From assembly GCF_964355755.1 (NCBI RefSeq), contig NC_092672.1:11780001-11844000 (forward strand): a DNA stretch of 64,000 nt, read 5' to 3'. The notes below the pieces were generated by a model. That model was not told the DNA's origin and ran no database searches. It was given only the letters and a program-made list of their open reading frames with translations. Of this stretch, positions 53,676 to 64,000 are shown piece after piece. The position numbers and the translations under genes are program-made. Position 1 is the first letter of the stretch. Each line of letters starts with the position of its first letter. Source of the DNA: Antedon mediterranea. Its lineage: Eukaryota > Animalia > Echinodermata.

Positions 53676-53910
53676 AGGTAAAGGTGAGTCCCGTGTTCTC
53701 TGAACGTAGGGGAATGAGCTGTTAGGAGCTCATTGTACTAAGCCTCGGAATTATGTGGTAGGGTGGCCAGTTCCTTTCCACGCCGCCTTTTTTCTCCCTA
53801 GTATTTTCAACCAGGTACTCATTTACAGCTGAGTGGACTGGGAGTTGTCGGGAATTGAACCCGGGTCTATCTGTATGACAGTCAAGTGTCCTAACCACTC
53901 GGCTATCCAA
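53676..53910 (-). mobile_element. Full-length tRNA-derived SINE with 15-bp target-site duplication
   Basis: CTCAAGGCTATTATA at 53661-53675 and 53911-53925. Minus strand has A box TAGCCGAGTGG, B box GGTTCAATTCC, CORE-like CCACTCAGCTGTAAATGAGTACC and a CCTTTACCTT tail. Confidence 0.88.
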
Positions 53911-56900
53911 CTCAAGGCTATTATACCATTTAATATTTAGGGACATCATTATTTTATAGACCTATTATATAGTATTTATATGGATTGGCATACTTTAAGC
54001 AAATAAATCAATACATAAGCTGTTTCCTCTTTTATACCCATTAACCACCACTTTTATATTCACTAAAGATATAATTTTTATGAACAATAAGTTTACATCT
54101 TTATTCTAATCGTACATACTTAAGATATATACGATATACCTCCCAACGGTTCTAGGGTGGTTTTTCCTCGTACAGTCCTTCCCATTTCCCACTAGGCCGT
54201 TTTCTACTAGGACATTTCACATTAATACAGGAGGTAAAGGTTTGAGTGGGTGGATTTCTAGTGGAAACAAGCTTTCTAGTCATCCGAACTGCTGTTACTG
54301 AGATTACAATCCGTGTTAAGTTATATATAATTTGATGTACGGCAGTTTTTCACAGACAATACATTCAATAACAACGTTTTTGAGAAGAATCAATGTGTAG
54401 GGCGCACTCTACAGTTAAGCTTCAATGTTTTTCTCTGAGATGGTGTCGTTTTTTTTAGCACACTAATGATTCTTTTTATATGTACTGTTTTCCAGCTATG
54501 AAACTTCAAATTAAATCGGACAATATTTGAGTGAAGGATTGAACTTTCAGGCTTAAAATTTTTTAACATGATGATGTAATGAATACAAAATAGTCATTAT
54601 TTCAAAACCTATTTTAATAAATGTGACGCTTCGTCTTTGATATAAGTCGAAGGCTGGACTAGGCGAAAAGGTGGATCGGATTTTGGTTGTGGAGCACAGC
54701 AGTTTTAAAGGGCAAACTCTTCGGTATGGGTTTCAGTCGCACATTAGTTGTTTATCGCGTCGTACAAACAGCATTCGGCAACATAGCTAACAAATAATAA
54801 CATCGACATGTGATACGAACCAACCAATCAAATTGAAAATGTTATGATCATGTATTTATTAAGTGCTTGGTGTTCCAATGCTGTTAGTGGTGGCGTGAAT
54901 TACACGCGTCACACTGTAGAACGAACACCAACAACGTATGTATAATGTATCGTATACAAAATAAAAACTTGTAAGTCATTTGTGACAATTGTGAATTGCA
55001 CTGCCATTCATTTATACACTTGACACAATGACAATACTAATTGATCAATGTCTATACATTTATAATATTTACCTTAACATGTATTGCAAAACATTCATCG
55101 ATGCATTCTCTCCAACTAGTCGTTAATGAAACAAGGTACGTCAGTATTTTTCATAAATAAACCGACATCACTTTGAATTAGTTTTCATTTAAATGTGATA
55201 TGTCATTAATTCATCTTTTAGGCATATGCCTAATTTAATTTCAATGGTAAAGTGAATTAGTGTTCATTTTTCAAGTAAATTTGTTAGGACCTATTTTAAA
55301 GAGAACGAACGAGGATATATTTAGTAAGCGAACTCGATGCATGCTAAATGGGAAACTACATTTCTAATTTCATCTGAATATTCCAGTTCATTGGTCAAAT
55401 CTACAGACTCACACACACAAAAAACAACTTTGAAATAAAATTGTGTAACAAACGTGTTACATAAATGCTTTGAACGTTTTATGCCAAATAGTACATGTTG
55501 TACAGTATCATAAACTTCAACATGGATTATACGATATGATCTAATAAAGAAAGAACTGTCTTAACAACAAAGACCTCGTGAATGTTATTATTTAAAGTAT
55601 GGCAGTTTAAACGTATGGATTGTTATCGTTGATGCTTATAACTAACTATTTTAAAAGTGTTTTGATTTTTGTTTACAGTAGGCCTATGTTGTGTATAAAA
55701 ATATTACCACATGTGTCTGTTGGGTGTGTGTTTTGCTTAATTTCAATATGTGTTTAATGACACCAGATGTCAGGCTATTAAATACATTTACATTATTGAT
55801 TACTAAGAGTTGATATGGAAAAAATCGCAACTTATCGATTTGATGTATTGAACCTGTCATTGGATGCGAAGAATAAATCAAGTATTTACAATAACAATAA
55901 AAAGGGCTATTAATATATATTATTTTACATAATGGTGAGTCAAAAAAGTTTTTCTGTACCTTTATTTAAAAGAATTATGTAAATTATCTAGCCTAAAATG
56001 AAAGTATTCGTATAAAATTGTCAAATCAGAGCATAGATTAAACACATTTTTGGAATGTTTATTCTTTCTTCGTTTCCTGACGAATTCCGATCGTTATAAT
56101 TCTTACATGATGTGGAGGCAATGATACACCATGCCGATGTGTTAAAGATAAAATTAAGCATAGACCTATAACTGTATGTCTCATTTTTTTAATGCAGTCA
56201 GTCACACCCAAGGTAGATTCGGAAACAAAATCGCTATTACCATTTTTGATTTAGGATTTTTGTTTTATATTGTTTGTTATATATTTGTATTATATAATGA
56301 TGTATTTTATGATTTTATTAAAAAGGGTCCATGATATCAGATTCACTGGGCAAAACTGGAAATTACACTTTTTAATGATGATTAAAATAATAAATGGCAT
56401 GTAAGATTGGGAATACACTATGGTTAAACGATTGATGCATTATCTCGCTGTATATTTCTTGTGCTGTCTATATAATGTGTATGTGTATTCATAATTTATC
56501 AATCCATACATTAATAAGTGCGTGTTTGTGATTGCTGTTGATCAGGTAAGTAGTAAGTCCATGCGTCTTAGAATATCGTATGTCAACATCGTAATATTTT
56601 GAATAATACATCATAACGATTTATAGCCATCGTAAAAATTCTTTCAAAAGTACGCCTTGAGACAATCAATTACAAGGGAATTATCTTCTAGTCAATCAGC
56701 CAATGTTTCAAACAAAAGAAAATCGAACTTAGTCGCCGAGCATCGGCCATCTTTGATAATATTTTTTCTGACGTCACGTAACGAATCCTTCGTAAGAGCA
56801 GTTAAGTATAAAATAACAATAATTATTTTGCGTGACTATAAGACAACAAAGACAATAAATTACCTTTAAGTATGCATGTGTTTTTGTATGTATGATTATT

Positions 56901-57888
56901 GATTCTTGTTATGTTTCTGCTTCGTATCATAGCTACTGTTGTATTAGTACAAATGGTGTGTAATAGGCATAGCTGTTATATTCCAGATTCTTAACACCAT
57001 TGTGAATAGAGATACGTCTGCAGATACAAGTCACGACGTCAATGTCCATATTGTCACGTACATCACCTGCGTTTTACCAACAAAATCCCAATCATTTGGT
57101 CTCTGTACATATGATAAGGGTTTAAAGGGCATCGGTGTTTTTAAATTACCTAAGATATACATAATGCAACCACATTAAATCCCTTTAGTTCCCCTTTTTG
57201 GCATGCACTGCTTTGATATGGCATAGGCCAAAGATTAATATCCAGAATAGTCATTCCGTATAGGCAGTACGTAAAAATGACAATGTACAATTATAGATTA
57301 AAGTATCATAATAATTATTATTAATGTATATCGGCTGACATTATAATAAGTTAATCTGTGCGAAATTAACAGTAAAAATAGTTTGTTTATGCAGATTAAG
57401 GTTTCTTTTCATAAACTGTTGTGCTATACGAATTGGCTACTCACGTAATCTAGTATAACAGATGTGTACAAAAACCACCCGACCAACAAATATTTACTGT
57501 GTTAAAATCAGTTTTCTGACCCAAAGAATTTTTTTTATTAACACCAGATATGTAATTTCTTTAAGCCGTTAATGACGTCGAGGATTAGCGTTAAGGTCAG
57601 GCCAGTTACAGAGAGCGTCAGAAGCTAATAATTGGAAAAAGATAAAACGTTTTTACTTATCAACATCTTCCCAAATAATTATCAATTTTGTGTGTGATCT
57701 GCCCATCTTTCTCCATTGAGGCCATGTACATTATGCTTGAAATTAAACGGGCCTACTATTGCAGCAAGGTTGTCTTACGCAACTCTTAATGAACTTTTCT
57801 TTATATGAATACGATTTTTCCTTATAATTGTATTTCTCCTTCTCAACATTAATATCATAATGTCCGATAATAAATTGACTTACAATAC

Positions 57889-59675
57889 AGTATGGACACA
57901 TTTTCTGTAAATTCTTTCACTTAAACCTTAAGGTGTCAGCGTAAAGCATATTATCATTAACTAATATATTAGTACAGTAGGCCTATGATAATTTTTTTGT
58001 AAATACTTTGAATTAAACCAGTTTTGACAGAACACACAAGTGTCATTGTCATGAATATATATACCATTAACTAATTGTAATATATGTTAGTTTTCTGTAA
58101 ATGCTTTGAATTAAACATGTTTGACCGAATTACACCCAAGTATCAGTGTAATTAAAATGATTAATACTAAATGTAGGCCCTATGTATAGTCAGTATGTTC
58201 ATTATGTGTAAACATTTTGAATTAAACTTGTTTGACCGAACATTCAAGTATCAGTGTCATAAACATTATCATTGACTGTACTCATCAGTATGTTCATTTT
58301 CTGTAAAAACTTTGAATTAAACTTGTTTGACCGAACATTCAAGTGTCAGTGTCATAAACATTATCATTGACTGTACTCATCAGTATGTTCATTATCTGTA
58401 AACATTTTGAATAAAACTTGTTTGACCGAACATTAAAGTGTCAGTGTCATAAACATTATCATTGACTGTACTCATCAGTATGTTCATTTTCTGTAAACAT
58501 TTTGAATAAAACTTGTTTGACCGAACATTAAAGTGTCAGTGTCATAAACATTATCATTGACTGTACTCATCAATATGTTCATTATCTGTAAACATTTTGA
58601 ATAAAACTTGTTTGACCGAACATTCAAGTGTCAGTGTCATAAATATTATCATTGACTGTACTCATCAGTATGTTCATTATCTGTAAACATTTTGAATTAA
58701 ACTTGTTTGACCAAACATTCAAGTGTCAGTGTCATAAACATTATCATTGACTGTACTCATCAGTATGTTCATTATCTGTAAACATTTTGAATAAAACTTG
58801 TTTGACCAAACATTAAAGTGTCAGTGTCATAAACATTATCATTGACTGTACTCATCAGTATGTTCATTATCTGTAAACATTTTGAATAAAACTTGTTTGA
58901 CCAAACATTCAAGTGTCAGTGTCATAAACATTATCATTGACTGTACTCATCAGTATGTTCATTATCTGTAAACATATTGAATAAAACTTGTTTGACCGAA
59001 CATTAAACTTTCAGTGTCATAAACATTATAATTGACTGTACTCATCAGTATGTTCATTATCTGTAAACATTTTGAATAAAACTTGTTTGACCGAACATTA
59101 AAGTGTCAGTGTCATAAACATTATCATTGACTGTACTCATCAGTATGTTCATTATCTGTAAACATTTTGAATAAAACTTGTTTGACCGAACATTAAAGTG
59201 TCAGTGTCATAAACATTATCATTGACTGTACTCATCAGTATGTTCATTATCTGTAAACATTTTGAATTAAACTTGTTTGACCGAACATTCAAGTGTCAGT
59301 GTCATAAACATTATCATTGACTGTACTCATCAGCATGTTCATTATCTGTAAACATTTTGAATTAAACTTGTTTGACCGAACATTCAAGTGTCAGTGTCAT
59401 AAACATTATCGTTGACTGTACTCATCAGTATGTTCATTATCTGTAAACATTTTGAATAAAACTTGTTTGACCAAACATTCAAGTGTCAGTGTCATAAACA
59501 TTATCGTTGACTGTACTCATCAGTATGTTCATTATCTGTAAACATTTTGAATAAAACTTGTTTGACCAAACATTAGAGTGTCAGTGTCATAAACATTATC
59601 ATTGACTGTACTCATCAGTATGTTCATTTTCTGTAACTTTGAATTAAAGCTGTTTGACAGAACACTCAAGTGTCT
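57889..59675. repeat. 95-bp tandem repeat array (15 near-identical units from 58191 plus a partial unit; about 3 diverged units at 57889-58190)
   Basis: Unit CAGTATGTTCATTATCTGTAAACATTTTGAATAAAACTTGTTTGACCGAACATTAAAGTGTCAGTGTCATAAACATTATCATTGACTGTACTCAT starts at 58191, 58286, 58381 ... 59521, 59616. Confidence 0.97.
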
Positions 59676-61040
59676 GTAAGGCCTACAAATGGACATTATC
59701 TTTAACTACTGTAGTATATATTATATTGTCATGACCATTTTCTACAAAATAGACATCAAGGTATAATGATCCACCACTTTCTCTTATAATTCATAGGTTA
59801 ATGTTGAAGCATCATGGTAATCTGCTGAATACATGACCATTCCGACTTGTCTTAGTTATAATATATAATAATATAACACCTGCTTTATTTAAAAGCTTTT
59901 ATTGAAACCTGTTTAACAGATGCACGTATGAGTATTGTTATATTACATGTATTCACATTAATATCATTAAACGTGTATAGGCCTACTTAGTTTCGTCATA
60001 TTACTAACGGCGGTTGGATGATATGATGCGGTTGGTTATGATCCGATATGCCTGATCATTTTAAAGAGCTGATGACGATAGTAACCTTAATACTTAAAGT
60101 CGTGTATGCCTAAATACTTTATGCATGTATGTCTGTTAGGCCTAGGCTTACGTTGCTTTGTTATTGATATAGTAATTGTAAATAAATTGATCATGGGACC
60201 ACTGTAGTTATATACTAGAGTAGGCCTACTAGGCTACAATCACGAATGTAGTATTATTATTGATTTTTAATGCACATTGTTCCACATTATTATTACCGTA
60301 TTGAATACTCAAAATATTCAATTCAATCGATGAAATAATAATGACGTAATAGTCAATGACTTAACACATGATTTGAACCGTGACCTCGTTGATAGTATGC
60401 AAGCTACTGCCAGGTACAACCATTGTTCAATGTGTTTGTTACTATGTCTATTAGTTATAAACATTGCACTAAACGTATTATATCAGCAGCCGTCGATACC
60501 ACATTCTTGTTTGATGTTCTCTATCGCTTGAAGTAGAAGAGCCATGAAAACCAAAGCTATTACAATGGAGTGTTATCATTCCAGTGTCACTTCAAATAGA
60601 ATATCAAATGAATTAAGAGAACACGATCAATTAAAATGCAATGTTTGTGAGTGTATGCTACTTAAAGTGTTTGCGAAGCACATAAATTCTACAAGGAGAT
60701 ACTCGACATTGTAGTTAAAATGGTATAAAATTAAAGCTGCTTATATTGGTAATAGATTAACACAAAGCAACACGAAACTATAATTATTTGAAGACATCAT
60801 CGTTATCATAATCATAAGATATATACGTGCCGCGCGGCAGTTCGCTGTACACCGCACAATTAGTTTTTTCAATTGTATGACTAGGTTCGTTATTAGTTTT
60901 CAATAGTATACTGATTTGTATAAAAATAATAAGTTACGTCACTCATCTTGCGACATAGTGTTTTGGTTCTACTGTTTGTATAATTTAAAATTTCAAATCC
61001 ATTTAAATTTTGGTTTTCCTCTTGCTCTTTTTACTTTTGT

Positions 61041-61168
61041 TTTAGTAGCGTGCAACGCGGCCCTCGGCTCACTATGTCGGTCGGTTGATCGGTCGGTCGG
61101 TCGGTTGATCGGTAAACATTAACTTTAACATTAAATACGCGACTGTAGCCTTGTATATGGCCTTGTTT
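61041..61168 (+). mobile_element. DINE-1/HINE-like element
   Basis: TTTAGTAGCGTGCAACGCGGC..CTCACTATGTCGGTCGG...TACGCGACTGTAGCCTTGTATATGGCCTTGTT. Confidence 0.78.
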
Positions 61169-61563
61169 AATTCATTTAGTGCGATTTTAAAGTTTCTATC
61201 AAATGGAGAGTAGCCGACAAATCAAATCAATATTAGTTAAAACCACCTCTCTAACTTACTAAATAACTATTGCAATAATCAACTAGATTGTCTTTGAAGC
61301 ACATGCGTTGTACAAGGAGATACTCGGAATGTAACACAAATAGAAACACAAATAAGATAGTTTATAAAGAAATATTTTAATCACGTATTTTACCGCCATC
61401 TTTCATTTTTACATTTTAATTAACATCGTATCTAAAATTTTAAATGAAAACAAATAGGCCTATGGTTAATACTGAATTCAAGTATTTTATTGTGTAAATA
61501 TACCTCTATTTTAACTACTTTAAACACTAATTGTCACAATGTACATAATTATATGTATACAAT

Positions 61564-61791
61564 ATATTCATAATTGAGAATTTAAATAAATGTGAGATGG
61601 ACTCACACAAGACAAAAAAGGAGATACTCGAAGTATAGTTAAAATTAACAGGAAATATCTCTAGGCCTATACATTATTATAGTAAGTATATACAGTGATA
61701 ATGTTAGGAACACAAAGTATACAAGAAACTATATTTTTTTTGTCTTGTGTGAGTTCATCTCACGTTTATTTAAATTCTCAGTTATGAATAT
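61564..61791. repeat. Inverted repeat with roughly 56-bp arms
   Basis: ATATTCATAATTGAGAATTTAAATAAATGTGAGATGGACTCACACAAGACAAAAAA ... TTTTTTGTCTTGTGTGAGTTCATCTCACGTTTATTTAAATTCTCAGTTATGAATAT. Confidence 0.85.
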
Positions 61792-62981
61792 CATATTATT
61801 ATATTATTCTAAAAAGTTGAAATTGTATAAATAGAAAATTAGTTATCTATAGGCTATATATATATTTATACCATTACCATTATGACAACCCAAAATAACA
61901 CAAAGCATTTCATTTTTAAAATATGTAAGGAAAAATTAAAAACAACATTTGTTACAATGATGTAATGTACGGTCGGCTACTAAAATAATAATTAAAGTCA
62001 ACCACTTCTCATTAAAAATCATTGTTTCGTGTTTTACGATCGACAAATCAAAGTATGCGTGTGACCTGCTCCGTCTGCCAGTTACTAACACGGAATTCAA
62101 TGCTAATATTGAAATTGAATTACAAATTTATACCCGTAATATTGTTATTGTTTAACATTTCAACGTGTTATTGAACGCTGTGCACAAGTTAAATATCACG
62201 TACTATGCTAACTGAAAATAATCCTGGTTGTATTTCCCATGGTTTCATTGTTGTGACTTCATATTAAGGGAAATGACACCAGGAAAAACAACAAGCTAGT
62301 TTCCCATCCATACGTTTCAATAAGTTGAAATAAAGACAAAAATGAATGCGTTTCTGATTACCATTTGATCGATATTGTAATAATTCAACGGTCCGTGATT
62401 GGCTAATCACAGAACTTTAAACAACGCGACAGTTGACTGACACGCTTCGTGAAGTCGAATTATTGATTACCATTCAAACCCAATTACATGCTGACTTTGT
62501 TTAAATCTTTAAAACTCAACAGTCTACATTGTCGAACAATATTGTAAAGAATGTCGAATTAACAAAAAATGGTAATATTTTTAAATATTAACATTTTTAG
62601 ATTAAAAAATACCAATTTGATTTAAATTATACAGTACTGTATTATAATACAGCATTGCTTTTATAAGCCAACCATTTCAATAGATTCATTGTATAAATTC
62701 GTTTTAATTGGAAATCACGATGAAGAAGTAATGAATATGGATGAACCAAACAACAGTTTATTTAAACTAATTAATATTTACATTACTCATAATCCTTTTC
62801 GTTATGATGCTGACTTGACAAATATTGCCTACTGTTAATGTCTTTTATGATTGTCTAAAAAAATCAGGATGTAATTTATAATTTAAAAAAAAAAGGAAAA
62901 AAAGCCAGCCAACCCACCATTTATATATAGATAGTATCATGTCCAGTAGGTAGAGAGCATGATAACAGGGTCATCGTTTTA

Positions 62982-63128
62982 AGCTCTGTCTACACTATCA
63001 AACTTTATGTGACCAAAGAGAAGTGTGATGTGCGCATTATACGGTAACGATGAGGTCACATCATTACCGTATTATTTTGGGCGCATCATACATTTTTGTC
63101 AAACTTGTCTGTTAGTGTAGACAGAGCT
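62982..63128. mobile_element. PIF/Harbinger-type MITE, same family as 25022
   Basis: AGCTCTGTCTACACTATCAAACTTTATGTG ... TAGTGTAGACAGAGCT. Confidence 0.82.
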
Positions 63129-63940
63129 TTTAAAGTAGTACAGAATGCATTTCTCAACAACATTGTATATTTTTACGTAAGTGAGATAATCGTACGTACT
63201 CTTCCTTATAGTCAGCGATTGCATACAAATTTGTGATATTCAATTGTTAACACTCGTGTCAAAATCATATTTATTGGGTCATGCTATCGATTGTGATGTG
63301 ATTTAACTCGTTACCTAATTCCGATGACAGCATCATAATTGCATCGTTTGTTTTACTAATGCATATGTTCAATACGTGATGTTACATTTGACATTTAAAC
63401 TTATAAGCTTGTTTGCTTTAAAATGATTTGTGACATCAGAATTGACAATGACATTATCGTAAAATCCTCTAAAAAGCATATCTAACTAAATGTATCTCTA
63501 TACAAAGGCGAGAGTTCGCACTGAAAAAGGAACAATGTAAATATATTTACTATATTCAGCAGTTAACAATAGATCATTTTTGTGTTAGTTTGAAAGTCGT
63601 AAACAAAGGGTGTATTGATTCTCCCTAACAATGCGAACAACGTTTTGATGAACTTTAATAGAGATTAAATTTAACTATAATAAGTTTAAAATAACTCTTT
63701 TTTATTTTATTTTATCTATCTCAGCTATTTAAATCGCATTTAATATAATATAGTTCTTAAATTATTATTTTTCTATTTAGGTATCAGTTATCAAATATTA
63801 CATTAATACATTTACATAAGCGCCCGTCTTTGTCATCTACCGGTACAACCACAATGAATTGTTGTACGTTATACAACATTGATTATTCAAAAAGGTAATC
63901 GGTGGAATTGTGCCTAACAATATTAGAGTATATAAAAAAA

Positions 63941-64000
63941 AGTCGTGATTGGTGACGGACAATGTAACAATTGTTACATTGTCCGTCACCAATCACGACT
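63941..64000. repeat. Perfect spacerless palindrome, at least 60 bp, reaching the window end
   Basis: AGTCGTGATTGGTGACGGACAATGTAACAA|TTGTTACATTGTCCGTCACCAATCACGACT is its own reverse complement, centred at 63970/63971. Confidence 0.97.

Noticed and set aside
56690-56790. CCAAT plus TGACGTCA promoter
   Set aside because: Isolated short motifs (others near 14543 and 42784) with no linked gene. Cannot be supported from sequence alone.
58191-59675. CRISPR-like array or tandem hammerhead/snoRNA array (minus strand has CTGATGAG in each unit)
   Set aside because: Units are near-identical throughout with no unique spacers and no cas genes. No helix II plus GAAA follows CUGAUGA, and there is no convincing C/D terminal stem.
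1738-61122. The many 60-155 aa ORFs in the track
   Set aside because: They are low-complexity I/L/F/Y/K/N-rich translations of AT-rich DNA or repeats, often with non-ATG starts and no recognisable domains. 20934-21293 is a LINE relic and 21286-21540 is SINE sequence.

Overview
AT-rich (roughly 30-35% GC by eye), gene-poor eukaryotic DNA, most likely from a marine invertebrate (the repeat types suggest echinoderm-like; this is inference). There is one intact gene, an intronless 446-aa type I membrane protein (27981-29321, +) with a signal peptide, three Ig domains, a TM helix and a cytoplasmic tail carrying an ITIM-like SVYHEI and a C-terminal PDZ-type TSV. Bases 1-90 encode the C-terminus of what looks like a paralog (DIE..VY.EI...AKN.ST), which suggests a tandem cluster of tyrosine-motif Ig receptors. 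The rest is non-coding. It holds a decayed SDHAF2/SDH5 copy, CR1/L2-type and Penelope-like retroelement relics, a minimal hammerhead-like motif in an inverted repeat around a tRNA-bearing (TA)n-associated element, tRNA-derived SINEs, DINE-1/Helentron-like elements, several MITE families, a 95-bp tandem array, and a perfect spacerless 60-bp palindrome running to the last base. The other short ORFs in the track look spurious. All calls were made by eye, without database searches.
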